Positions 18,806 to 28,046 of a DNA stretch of 64,000 bases are shown here, in pieces. The position numbers and the translations under genes were made by a program. The stretch's first letter is position 1. Each line of letters begins with the position of its first letter. The stretch is taken from the IMG/VR virus record IMGVR_UViG_3300017917_001123, positions 248,001 through 312,000 of that record. The stretch is one strand, 5' to 3'. The notes under the pieces were generated by a model. The model was not told where the DNA came from. It made no database searches and saw only the letters and a list, made by a program, of their open reading frames with translations.

Positions 18806-19586
18806 TTCCTAGTTTCTGGCGGAACGTTTCTGTAAACTTGCCGTCAATGCGTAAGCTGTAGCTTTGTTCCATAATTGTTTCTCCTCCGTGCCAGTCTTGA
18901 TCGTTCCACCAAGCGGCTCGGCAGTTAATATAAGTTTTGTCCTTGCGTTCTGGATCCCAAAGATAAAACGCTTTCTTTGTGTTAGGACGAATGTGAATAA
19001 ACTCGTTGCGATGTGGAAATGTTTTATCAATGCCGTTTTTAGCATCTAAGTCACGATGCTCAAAAGGAATGCCATTATGATCACAGTGAAAGAATATTAC
19101 TCTGCCAATGTGTTCAAAGATACCAAATGTAATTAAGTCCTCAACCCAACGGACAACATTAGGAAAATAAGCAGCCTCGGCTGTGAGCTTACGTGGAGCG
19201 GTTCTATCGTCCCAACTGCCTTCTTCCCAGAGGAAATAGTAAATGTATGGATCGTAAGCACCTAATGCCATCTTTAGGTACCTAGTAAATTTGTTTCGTG
19301 TTTCGTGATCTTTAATTCCGCAGTATAGATCCCATCCACCTTTTTTAATTGGGTCATCGTCGGGGAGTGCTAGGAATTCTTCTAAGGCTTTATAGATTGG
19401 CTTCCAATTTGGAACATAGCTCATATCTTTAAAGGTAAAACCTGGAGTCATCCAAGTGCCTTCTTTGGCAAACATTCGAGCCTCAGCAAACCCGCGAATG
19501 ATTTCGGGTTGTAGGCTCTCAAACTCATCCATCCTTAAATACTGTTCAAGATTGAAATACGGTCGGTTGTTAATACCTTTGATCAT
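18783..19586 (-). CDS. hypothetical protein, probable cupin/2OG oxygenase fold
   Basis: GRVIFF..HNGIPFEHRD, WWNDQDWHGG, YSLRIDG. Confidence 0.5.
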   Translation of the reverse strand: MIKGINNRPYFNLEQYLRMDEFESLQPEIIRGFAEARMFAKEGTWMTPGFTFKDMSYVPNWKPIYKALEEFLALPDDDPIKKGGWDLYCGIKDHETRNKFTRYLKMALGAYDPYIYYFLWEEGSWDDRTAPRKLTAEAAYFPNVVRWVEDLITFGIFEHIGRVIFFHCDHNGIPFEHRDLDAKNGIDKTFPHRNEFIHIRPNTKKAFYLWDPERKDKTYINCRAAWWNDQDWHGGETIMEQSYSLRIDGKFTETFRQKLGIDHIESY

Positions 19587-19609
19587 ATAATTAATTATCG
19601 TAAAAAATT
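19587..19609. promoter_or_regulatory. divergent gap with variant TAATTA boxes
   Basis: Minus strand reads GATAATTAATTATATG: TAATTA 5 nt before ATG 19586. Confidence 0.35.
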
Positions 19610-20314
19610 ATGACACAAACTAAGTTTGAATATTACTACAATAACGTCCCTGGTCACGGATTGTGTCGTAACAACCTTGTCTATACAAGTCTAATCTCAG
19701 CTGACAAGAAAACATTCTGCCAACACTATGTTAATGATCCTGTGTATCACATGGGACAGAATACAGTAGATCCTGCGCTAATGAATGACAAATGGGCTCG
19801 AGAGCTATGTTGGCTTAATCATATGGCAACGTGGTATCCTGACCTTGTTCCTGAGATACAAGACATTGACTTATTAAACAAGAAGATTTATTTGCGTGTT
19901 GACGGGGTTGACTTCTGGGAACGTGCTGGATGTCTGACAGAAAACTTTGATAATGTTCTTCCTGACTGGCAGGAACAAATGCTTAACATTATCAAAGTAC
20001 ATCACAACGAAGGCATGTTTAAGTACAGCATGCATCCTAGCAGTTACTTTGTTGTAGACGGCAAACTTAAGAGCATTAATTATTTCTTCACATACAGCAA
20101 AGATGAAGGTCCTATTAAAATATCAGATCATCAGAGTCATCTAAGCGAGATACGACAAGCAGATCTGCGTAAGAAAGTCGAAGCACTGGGCATGGAGTGG
20201 GATGCTGTTACTCCATTGAAAGACTTAGAGTACTTGTGCTGGGAAAGTTTTAGAACAAACTATCCAAACGAGTTTGTAAAAAAGGTACACAATCTATGTA
20301 CGACATACTTGTAA
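19610..20314 (+). CDS. protein-kinase-like fold protein with degenerate catalytic motifs
   Basis: WARELCWL, VPEI; HHNEGMFKYSMHPSSYFVVDGKLKSINYF in place of HxDxHPxN...DF. Confidence 0.45.
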   Translation: MTQTKFEYYYNNVPGHGLCRNNLVYTSLISADKKTFCQHYVNDPVYHMGQNTVDPALMNDKWARELCWLNHMATWYPDLVPEIQDIDLLNKKIYLRVDGVDFWERAGCLTENFDNVLPDWQEQMLNIIKVHHNEGMFKYSMHPSSYFVVDGKLKSINYFFTYSKDEGPIKISDHQSHLSEIRQADLRKKVEALGMEWDAVTPLKDLEYLCWESFRTNYPNEFVKKVHNLCTTYL

Positions 20315-21036
20315 ACGAATCTGATAAGTTCCACAACGATTACAACCAATGGCGTGTTAATCGTGTGCGTAAGATGGAACAGGTGCTAGGCAAGGAATGG
20401 TTTAAGGGCAAGCGTGTACTAGAGCTTGCCTGCGGACAAGGAAACATTAGCGCATATCTAAAAAGCCTAGGAGCAGACGTAACCGCTAGCGATGCTAGGG
20501 CGCAACATTTAATACATGTTGAAAGCACGTACAATATTGATACGTTGCTTATTGATCAGGACAAGCCTTGGACATTAGATGAACACTACGATTTGATTGT
20601 ACACTTTGGTGTATTATATCATTTAAAGAACTGGAAGCAGGATTTGTCCTGTGCTCTTAAACACACAGACATGATGTTCTTAGAAAGTGTCGTAGCAGAT
20701 ACAGACGATGCGTACTTTGAACATCAGCTCGCTGAAGCAGAAGAAGGCGGACAGAATGCTTTTCATGGTGTCGGTACTGTTATGAGTGCGAGTAATGTAG
20801 AGCGTGTAATAGAAGAACTGGGTTACGAGTGGATTAGGTTTGATGATCCTGATCTAAACTTACCTAATAGAAGATTGTATCAATACGATTGGACCGTTAG
20901 TAACAACATCGATGGGTACGAGTCCGCAACATCGTTTGAAGACAAGCCATTATACGGCGGCCGCCGACTGTGGCTTATTAAGAAATCTTTCTCCAACGAT
21001 CGGCTAGGGCATATGAGCCTTGGTGTACGTGCATAG
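20296..21036 (+). CDS. class I SAM-dependent methyltransferase
   Basis: RVLELACGQG, VTASDAR, DLIVHFGVLYHL, FLES. Confidence 0.8.
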   Translation: MYDILVNESDKFHNDYNQWRVNRVRKMEQVLGKEWFKGKRVLELACGQGNISAYLKSLGADVTASDARAQHLIHVESTYNIDTLLIDQDKPWTLDEHYDLIVHFGVLYHLKNWKQDLSCALKHTDMMFLESVVADTDDAYFEHQLAEAEEGGQNAFHGVGTVMSASNVERVIEELGYEWIRFDDPDLNLPNRRLYQYDWTVSNNIDGYESATSFEDKPLYGGRRLWLIKKSFSNDRLGHMSLGVRA

Positions 21037-21592
21037 ATATCGCCATACGTCCGCCGTCGACAGGTTGTTCTTCTACTTCGTGCCACAAGAATCCGGGCCA
21101 TGCTAATAAGTCACCTTCTTCTGGTTGTATAGTAACTAGCTTTTGTCTATACGGAGCCATTCCTGTTTGCCCTTCAAAAGGATTGTAGAAAGTAATTGCG
21201 CTACTGCCTGCGGGCATTTTGTGATAGTAAGTCATTACCATCTCAGTCGACCCGTGTGCGTGTCCGCCTAGCTTAGACCCTTTAAAGAACTGATTAATCC
21301 AACTGCGCTCTATAGCAATATCGCAGTCTTCGTAGCCAATTTCTCTCCACAGATCTTTCATGACGCTTTCGGCCCATTTGCGAAAAGGATAAACACTAGG
21401 TAAGTTCATGATGTCGTTAAACTGACGAATGGTAGTGCTGTATTCGCCCTTAGCAGTATCAATTTTTCTATCCTCTGGTACATTGTTGAGGATATCGTTG
21501 ATCTCTTTATCAAATGCTTCGCCTAGTAAATGACGATCCTGCCATTTGGTTTTGGCAATGATGACAGGAAAAACATTTTGTGCTATAATCAT
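20978..21592 (-). CDS. 2OG-Fe(II) oxygenase, TIGR02466-like
   Basis: SWINQF...GHAH...TYY, GDLLAWPGFLWHEV, RMAIS. Confidence 0.75.
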   Translation of the reverse strand: MIIAQNVFPVIIAKTKWQDRHLLGEAFDKEINDILNNVPEDRKIDTAKGEYSTTIRQFNDIMNLPSVYPFRKWAESVMKDLWREIGYEDCDIAIERSWINQFFKGSKLGGHAHGSTEMVMTYYHKMPAGSSAITFYNPFEGQTGMAPYRQKLVTIQPEEGDLLAWPGFLWHEVEEQPVDGGRMAISMHVHQGSYALADRWRKIS

Positions 21593-21610
21593 GATGTAAA
21601 TACTTAGCTT
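21593..21610. promoter_or_regulatory. overlapping divergent late-type boxes
   Basis: TAAATA plus (21597-21602) 8 nt before ATG 21611; TAAGTA minus (21606-21601) 8 nt before ATG 21592. Confidence 0.5.
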
Positions 21611-22162
21611 ATGACATACACCATTAAACCCTATTCCGATGACTTAGACCTAACAGAGTTTTACCAAGAAGCAGAGCGTCGTGGTTTTGTCAATAATGCT
21701 AACAAGAAGATGCTAGTTGATAGCATTTCAAAAGAGCGAGAGTGGTGCGTGTGGGTTCTTTACTACAACGATAAAGCCGTAGGCACAGTAGGCGCACACA
21801 CTCTAGATATGTTTCCAAACGCTGTCCGTATTTGTGTAAGGACTTGTGCATTTACTGATATGTTGCCTACTCCTAGTCTTCGTACTCGAGTAGGCATCAC
21901 AAGTCATCAGCACGTTACAGCACAGTTCTTTATGCCTATTTGTATCGAATGGGCAGGTAACAGAGATATGTATATTACCAGTCATGATAGTGATGTAGGA
22001 ACACAGCGATTAGTTCATACTATCTGGGGACCTACATTAGAGATGACTGGTGTGTTGTCCAACGCGGGTGCTTATGATTATAGAGGACACAGACAAACGT
22101 TCTGGAAACTAAACAAGGATGTATTCCTTGAGCAGTTAAACAAGGAACCTAGATGGAAATAA
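21611..22162 (+). CDS. hypothetical protein, possible GNAT-like fold
   Basis: WVLYYNDKAVGTVG beta-hairpin pattern followed by RICVR; no clear acetyl-CoA motif. Confidence 0.35.
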   Translation: MTYTIKPYSDDLDLTEFYQEAERRGFVNNANKKMLVDSISKEREWCVWVLYYNDKAVGTVGAHTLDMFPNAVRICVRTCAFTDMLPTPSLRTRVGITSHQHVTAQFFMPICIEWAGNRDMYITSHDSDVGTQRLVHTIWGPTLEMTGVLSNAGAYDYRGHRQTFWKLNKDVFLEQLNKEPRWK

Positions 22163-23121
22163 GAATTCCTCTTAATACGATTACAAAGTTTGGTCAGCAG
22201 ACAATGTTAGATCGCCCTTTATTCAATGTAAGTTGGATACTAGGGCGATTCTGTAATTACAAGTGTTCTTACTGCTGGCCTTATGCTAGATCAGACAAGT
22301 TAGACTTTTTGCCTATAGAAACTTATACTAAAGTTATAGACGAAATAAAGCGGCAAGCCAGGGCGAACGGCTTCACAGAGTTTCACTGGAGTTTTAGTGG
22401 AGGCGAACCTACAGCTTTTAAACAGTTGCCAGAAATCTTTAAACACATTGAACGCGATCTTGTAAGTCCTTATCAGAGTGTTCATATGACTACTAATCTA
22501 AGCCCGGGAAGCAATTGGTGGAGAAACTGGTGCTTAATTACAAGTCCTTTACAGCGTAGAAGTATTACTGCCAGTTACCACGAAGAGTTTGCTAAAGAGC
22601 AAGAGTTTGGTGATAAGTGTCTACAGCTAATGTATGAAAGTGTTTTTGTAACAGTTAACCAAGTAATGGTTCCTGAGCGTTTCTATGAGCTGTATGAACG
22701 TTGTGCTAGACTGCGTCAGCGTGGTATCAACGTAACTCTAAAGCCACAGACAAATCCTACAGCTACAGCCGTTGTTGACGGATACACTGAAGATATGATT
22801 GCTATAATGAAGAAAGATTTTCAACAGCAGGCAAACGGAGAACAGCTACATCAAATACGACTAACTGACGGAAACAATACCTATTTTATTGATCAAGCAG
22901 AACGGTTTAATGCTTTAGGATTCAACAAGTTTAAAGGATGGAATTGCGTTGCGGGTTATCAAAGTGTTGTAATTAGAGGACAAGAAGTTAAACGTAGTCA
23001 TAGTTGTCACGAAGATTCTTTAGGCACGGTTGATAATTTTACTTTGTTTAAAGAATTAAAGCCCTGTATAACTGAGTCTTGTATGAGCTCTGCGGACAGT
23101 AAGTTACCTAAGACTAAATAG
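22153..23121 (+). CDS. radical SAM protein with C-terminal twitch-like Cys cluster
   Basis: CNYKCSYC, FSGGEPT, MTTNL; C-terminal CVAG...SC...CITESC. Confidence 0.85.
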   Translation: MEIRIPLNTITKFGQQTMLDRPLFNVSWILGRFCNYKCSYCWPYARSDKLDFLPIETYTKVIDEIKRQARANGFTEFHWSFSGGEPTAFKQLPEIFKHIERDLVSPYQSVHMTTNLSPGSNWWRNWCLITSPLQRRSITASYHEEFAKEQEFGDKCLQLMYESVFVTVNQVMVPERFYELYERCARLRQRGINVTLKPQTNPTATAVVDGYTEDMIAIMKKDFQQQANGEQLHQIRLTDGNNTYFIDQAERFNALGFNKFKGWNCVAGYQSVVIRGQEVKRSHSCHEDSLGTVDNFTLFKELKPCITESCMSSADSKLPKTK

Positions 23122-23146
23122 TAAAAAGAAACGGTTATTCTGTCCT

Positions 23147-23869
23147 ATGATCAATACACTACGAGAAAAAATACTGAGCTGGACCCCTGAGTTAGCAAAT
23201 TCTATGTACAATAACGTACCTAGAGTAAGTGATCTCGGAGGCATGATCTACGAAAAAACAGACAATGGTTGGTTTCTTTACTCAGTAGAAAAAGCCGCAT
23301 ACTACGACTTAAATGGAGAAAGTTTTATTCTAGAACAGAATTCTCCAGAAATAGAAGAATCTTTAAACGTACAAAAAACCTATTCTGATTATGCTGACGT
23401 ACATAATCTTGTTAAGATAGAAAAGCCTGTAGAAATACAACAAGTTAATATCTACGGAAGAACGTACATTTATTACAAAATGGTAAGACCGTATAATACT
23501 CACGGAATACCACAGCTTAATATGATTTACGTCCCTGAAGATCAAAAAGCCTCCGCAGTTCTTGAGCTTTCAAAAATAAACTTTAAGAAAATGGATGAGC
23601 TGTTTCAGTTAATCGATGCTTGTAACGGAACATTGTATCCTAAAGAGCTTAACACTGAAAATCTACATTATGATCCGGCAACTGACAATTACTTTTGGGC
23701 GGGTGATTTACTATTTGTTAAACCAAGACAAGAGTCAATTGATGCTCATGTATTAATGATTCCTAATTTAAGTTATTATGTAACTAAGGTAGTAGGAAAA
23801 CAGGTAGATCTACAGAGCGCAATTACTAACTACGTGAATACAGAATGTTCAATACTTCAACTTCCTTAA
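23147..23869 (+). CDS. hypothetical protein
   Basis: 240-aa ORF co-directional with its neighbours; no confident motif. Confidence 0.6.
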   Translation: MINTLREKILSWTPELANSMYNNVPRVSDLGGMIYEKTDNGWFLYSVEKAAYYDLNGESFILEQNSPEIEESLNVQKTYSDYADVHNLVKIEKPVEIQQVNIYGRTYIYYKMVRPYNTHGIPQLNMIYVPEDQKASAVLELSKINFKKMDELFQLIDACNGTLYPKELNTENLHYDPATDNYFWAGDLLFVKPRQESIDAHVLMIPNLSYYVTKVVGKQVDLQSAITNYVNTECSILQLP

Positions 23870-24630
23870 TCAGTTATAGAATTAAGTCTAGCAATGGTTC
23901 AGTTCTTTTTGAAGGACTAGTACCTTACGGACTACTGCCATTTGTTCAAAAAGCATTTCTTACAAATCAAGATAGATTAATGGAGTTTGAAGTAGCAACA
24001 ACATCTCACGTAATTTCTAGAAACTTTTCAGACTTACCGTCAAACACTCAATACGATACAACCAATCCAGCACACATTTCAAACAGAATGTATCAGGATT
24101 TGATTACAAGCAAAGAATTAACACGCATTGCCTCTTTGAATAATGCGGCATTTGAAACTTGGCAAGCACAGTTAGATGCTGAGAGAGTTCAACAAGAACA
24201 AAACGCACTCAATGAAGTAGCCACTCAGGCACAGACATTATACGAGCAGTCCTTATTAAATCAACAACAGATTAGTGAAGAATATGCTCAACATCTAAGA
24301 GACGAAGCATACAGATTAGACATGCTCCGTGCTCAAACTGTTACACAGATAGCAGTTGATCCTACAACCAGCGTCAGTGCTCTAATGAGCGAAGTTGGAC
24401 ATAACTCGGATGTACAGCGACAAATTGCCGCGTGTATGCGAGCAAACAAAGAAATTACTAAACTAGTTCTAGCTAGCACATCAACATTGTGGAATACCAG
24501 CTACGAAATTATGGATGTTGTTGCTATACAAGCGGCAACGGATAACGAAATTGCTGATCAATTAGTTGGTAAGATTCCAGAAACAAGTCTTTTATATCAA
24601 AGCCTACAACGTCTCGGTATTCTTAGTTAA
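23845..24630 (+). CDS. hypothetical coiled-coil protein
   Basis: 261-aa ORF with a Q/E/A-rich helical centre. Confidence 0.6.
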   Translation: MFNTSTSLISYRIKSSNGSVLFEGLVPYGLLPFVQKAFLTNQDRLMEFEVATTSHVISRNFSDLPSNTQYDTTNPAHISNRMYQDLITSKELTRIASLNNAAFETWQAQLDAERVQQEQNALNEVATQAQTLYEQSLLNQQQISEEYAQHLRDEAYRLDMLRAQTVTQIAVDPTTSVSALMSEVGHNSDVQRQIAACMRANKEITKLVLASTSTLWNTSYEIMDVVAIQAATDNEIADQLVGKIPETSLLYQSLQRLGILS

Positions 24631-26098
24631 AGACTTTGACACCGTAGGTATTTTCCCATTCTCTAGAATCCTCTTCGTTGTTAACCATAGGCTTGCCTTT
24701 GATGTTAAGGCTTGTGTTTAACAGTACAGGACACCCTGTAGTTTTATACCACATAACTAGTAGGGCATGAAACTCAGGATTCATTTCTTTCGTGACAGTT
24801 TGTACACGACTAGTCCCGTCAGCATGGACGATAGCAGGAAATAGCTCAGGATTCCGGCAACGAGCGACCATTTGCATATAAGGACTGCTACCACTAGGGA
24901 TATCAAAGTAATAGTGAGCCAGCTCAGCCAAAACTGCCGGCGCAAAAGGTCTGAATTCTTGTCGTTGTTTAATTCCATTTACTTTATCCTTCATCTCTAA
25001 ACTTCTAGGGTCGGCTAATAGACTTCTATTACCCAATGCTCTTGGTCCAAACTCTGCTGGCCCTCTTGCTACTCCACAAATGCCTCTGGTCATTAAGAAA
25101 TGTAATATCTTAGCGTTGTTATGTTTTGTTGGGATGTTGTATCCCAAGTATGGTGTGTAGTCGATACGTTGTTTTGTTTTTGCCAATACACTACCAATTG
25201 CGCTTCCGCTATCGCCCGGAGCAGGCATAATCCAAACGTTATCAAAATACTTGTAGGCAATAGGATTTGCTGAACAGTTCAAAGCACAGCCGCCCATAAA
25301 GACTAAATTCTTGCTAGGAACACATTGTCTAGCATACTGTAACACACGTTCGAATAGTAGTTCATATACTGCCTGCGTTGCTGCCGCAATATCAAACATA
25401 TCCTGCTCTGTAGTCAAATCAGGACGCCAGTCTTTACAACCTTTGTGAAAATTTCTTTTAAATGAGACTAGTCCATTAGTTTCACTAAACGGAAAATGAA
25501 TAAAATCATTTAACATTGTTGTGAATAACCTCTTAGGATCACCATATGCGGCCATGCCCATGAGAATGTACTCTTCCTCGTTGGGCTTCAATCCACACCG
25601 TTGTGTCATTGCGCTATACCACAAGCCGATACTTTCTGGATACTCTAAACTGAATACCTTTGTAAGCTCGTCATCCTTGCCCTGCCAAATAGACAGCGTA
25701 TCATATTCTCCGATGGCATCGATAACTAGAACGCAGGCTTCATCAAACTTGCTAGTGTAGTAGCCTGCTGCCGCATGGCTATAATGATGTGCTACATATT
25801 CTATTGCTGTAGGAAATATGCGTTTTGATACATATTTCTTTACATTGTTTTCTCCCCACATCCATCCTTGACCTGCTTCTAGTTGACGCATAGTTTTAAG
25901 GAACGGACGTTCGTACCAAACAACTTTGTCTGGCGTGAGTCCTCTGTTATGTAGGTAGTAAGTTAAGTCAGAGTCCAAATCTGGATCGTTTTTAATTCCA
26001 GACCACCGCTCTGTTTCTGTGGCAAATACTAGCCGATCGTTATCAAATACCGCAACTGCGGCATTGTGACTGTTAGCTGATATTCCCCAAGTAATCAT
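24623..26098 (-). CDS. carbamoyltransferase (NodU/CmcH family)
   Basis: SHNAAVA, HHYSHAA, DAIGE, GGCALN, PAPGDSG, EFGPRALGNRS, FRPFAP, DGTSRVQTV, LLNTSLN. Confidence 0.95.
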   Translation of the reverse strand: MITWGISANSHNAAVAVFDNDRLVFATETERWSGIKNDPDLDSDLTYYLHNRGLTPDKVVWYERPFLKTMRQLEAGQGWMWGENNVKKYVSKRIFPTAIEYVAHHYSHAAAGYYTSKFDEACVLVIDAIGEYDTLSIWQGKDDELTKVFSLEYPESIGLWYSAMTQRCGLKPNEEEYILMGMAAYGDPKRLFTTMLNDFIHFPFSETNGLVSFKRNFHKGCKDWRPDLTTEQDMFDIAAATQAVYELLFERVLQYARQCVPSKNLVFMGGCALNCSANPIAYKYFDNVWIMPAPGDSGSAIGSVLAKTKQRIDYTPYLGYNIPTKHNNAKILHFLMTRGICGVARGPAEFGPRALGNRSLLADPRSLEMKDKVNGIKQRQEFRPFAPAVLAELAHYYFDIPSGSSPYMQMVARCRNPELFPAIVHADGTSRVQTVTKEMNPEFHALLVMWYKTTGCPVLLNTSLNIKGKPMVNNEEDSREWENTYGVKVFN

Positions 26099-26196
26099 TT
26101 GTAAATGTAAGGATCCATTTTACGCAGTTTCTTTATTTGCTGTCTGCGTTTATACCATCTATACGGTGTTAGCAACCAATCAAGTATTCTTTTCAT
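26095..26196 (-). CDS. small basic 33-aa protein MKRILDWLLTPYRWYKRRQQIKKLRKMDPYIYK
   Basis: Manual translation; fills the gap between the GT-like gene and the carbamoyltransferase, with an ATGA overlap at 26095-26098. Confidence 0.65.
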   Translation of the reverse strand: MKRILDWLLTPYRWYKRRQQIKKLRKMDPYIYK

Positions 26197-26860
26197 ATTG
26201 TTCTCTTAACCAATTATAATTATTAATCAACAACAGGGCTTCTGGGTTATCTTGATTGTACTCTCCGTAGGACCTTCCTGCTAGTGCGCCACGAATAGCG
26301 TCGTGTCCAAATGGTTTGTCCTCTCCTACAGAGCACCATACCTTAAGACGTATAGAAGTTTCCGTGTCTACTTGATTGTTAATTGTTTTGCTGGCTAGCT
26401 TACAACATTCTCTAAACCCGCTACGCCATGCGCTAAATGCGTCTGTGTTAAATGCTGTGTTGTTACTAACTTCGGGCATAGCATTAAACCTAGTACCGAT
26501 GCTAGTTGTCATGTCGGGCTTGCTAGTATCCATCTCCAGTGTTTGCTTTTTTGGTAAAAGTTTAACACCGCCGTATCCATATTCTAGTCCGTTAACAGGA
26601 TTACGACTGCGCCATACATGAACAGCATCGTAGTCCCATTCGGGTGCCTGATAGCTAAAGTCAAAGCTGTCTAATACATCAGCGTCGCCGTCGATTACCC
26701 AAAACATTTCTGTAAACGATTTCTTTGCGGCGGCAAGGTGTGCGTTATGAATACCTTCTACATCCTTAACCCGCTTTAATAAAGGAAAGCGACTCTTTAG
26801 CTTTTTGTAGTTTTCTTCAGCATTTGGTTCTCCATAGCTGATAAAGATCATATCATACAT
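26180..26860 (-). CDS. glycosyltransferase-like (GT-A) protein
   Basis: FISYGEPNAE, GIHNAH.AAA, FWVIDGD (DxD); paralog of 29384..30259. Confidence 0.55.
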   Translation of the reverse strand: MYDMIFISYGEPNAEENYKKLKSRFPLLKRVKDVEGIHNAHLAAAKKSFTEMFWVIDGDADVLDSFDFSYQAPEWDYDAVHVWRSRNPVNGLEYGYGGVKLLPKKQTLEMDTSKPDMTTSIGTRFNAMPEVSNNTAFNTDAFSAWRSGFRECCKLASKTINNQVDTETSIRLKVWCSVGEDKPFGHDAIRGALAGRSYGEYNQDNPEALLLINNYNWLREQYEKNT

Positions 26861-28046
26861 TAAAGTAGGCCTTATAGTGTTCTTCTAACTCAATCATTGC
26901 TTTGTGCTTTTTAATCGTTGTTAGATTTTCATAGTTGTGTTTTAAAATTGGTTTGATTGATTCTAACCAGCTTGCTTTGTCTTCTATGGCTTTTAGTTTT
27001 TGTAGACTATTGATAATAGCATCTAGTCTTTGCTCTGTAGGCAATGTGTCGTAGCTTTCGTCTATAAATCCGTCAAACGTTTTATATCCTAAATCTCGCA
27101 ACCTCTTCAAACTTCCCCGGCCACCCACAACAATAAACGGCTGTAGACAAGCAATAGGTTTAAAAATCTTTTCACTACAAAATGTAGATAACTCGTAGTC
27201 AGCAAACTGCGGCTCTGTTACAATGCTAACCCATGACTGTGCGTACAGATTTGGTAACACTCTTCCAATGTACACAGGATCTGGTTCTACATTGTTCGGC
27301 TTGCCATCAATTAACATAGGCAAATACTTGCGTCCTTGTTCTAGCAAACTTTGACTTGGCCAATCATTAGTTAATGGATGTATATGATGACCGTAGTCGT
27401 TCATACTAACAATACCGTCATCAAGTAAGCCCGCTTCTAATAACTTTAAGAAGAACCAGCTTCTATGTGAACGTGGCCTCTTGTTTAAGCAATCATATAG
27501 TTTAGTCTTTGTATTAGCAGACACAACGGGCATTGGTCTAGAACGAGCATACCACATAAGGTCTGGTTCAAAGTGCTCAAATGTAATAACCTTCATAGGC
27601 TTTACATTGTGTGTGCTAACATATATCGAATACTGCTCCGGTGCCTGTGCGTTGCCTGTTATGTATATAACTGCCTGCGGGGTAACACTATGGTTAGCTA
27701 ACTCTTGATGAAACCAATCCCATAACTGAGGTGTCTGATAACCTTCAAGTGATTGATCGATACACAACATTGCCCGCCCTTCCTGTAGGTCTAGCAAGTT
27801 CTGCTTAGGCAAATGGTTTAGAATACTGTCTCTAGCCCAGTCGTGCGGATGATGGTTAACACCTGTGCCAATAATGTAATGATCTGCGCTTCCTGTGATA
27901 ATGCTTATGTGATTGTCTTGATTAAAGTGATTAATCATTCTATCTAGCATAGGAGGTGTGGTAAATCGTTTGATACCAGATCCTGCCCTGTCTGTACAAG
28001 CAATAAAGTTTTCTCTAGCAGATATATTTTCAAACGCTACACGCAC
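26853..28046 (-). CDS. glycosyltransferase-like protein (GT10/GT-B-like C-terminus)
   Basis: CLNKRPR.HR; SIVTE...FCSEKIFKPI...PFIVVG resembles the fucosyltransferase EN..Y.TEK..A...PI..G motif. Confidence 0.45.
   Translation of the reverse strand: MRVAFENISARENFIACTDRAGSGIKRFTTPPMLDRMINHFNQDNHISIITGSADHYIIGTGVNHHPHDWARDSILNHLPKQNLLDLQEGRAMLCIDQSLEGYQTPQLWDWFHQELANHSVTPQAVIYITGNAQAPEQYSIYVSTHNVKPMKVITFEHFEPDLMWYARSRPMPVVSANTKTKLYDCLNKRPRSHRSWFFLKLLEAGLLDDGIVSMNDYGHHIHPLTNDWPSQSLLEQGRKYLPMLIDGKPNNVEPDPVYIGRVLPNLYAQSWVSIVTEPQFADYELSTFCSEKIFKPIACLQPFIVVGGRGSLKRLRDLGYKTFDGFIDESYDTLPTEQRLDAIINSLQKLKAIEDKASWLESIKPILKHNYENLTTIKKHKAMIELEEHYKAYFNV

Noticed and set aside
23147-23869. Third kinase-like protein (YPKELNTENLHYD...GDL)
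   Set aside because: Resemblance to the catalytic loop is too weak to call without a profile search.
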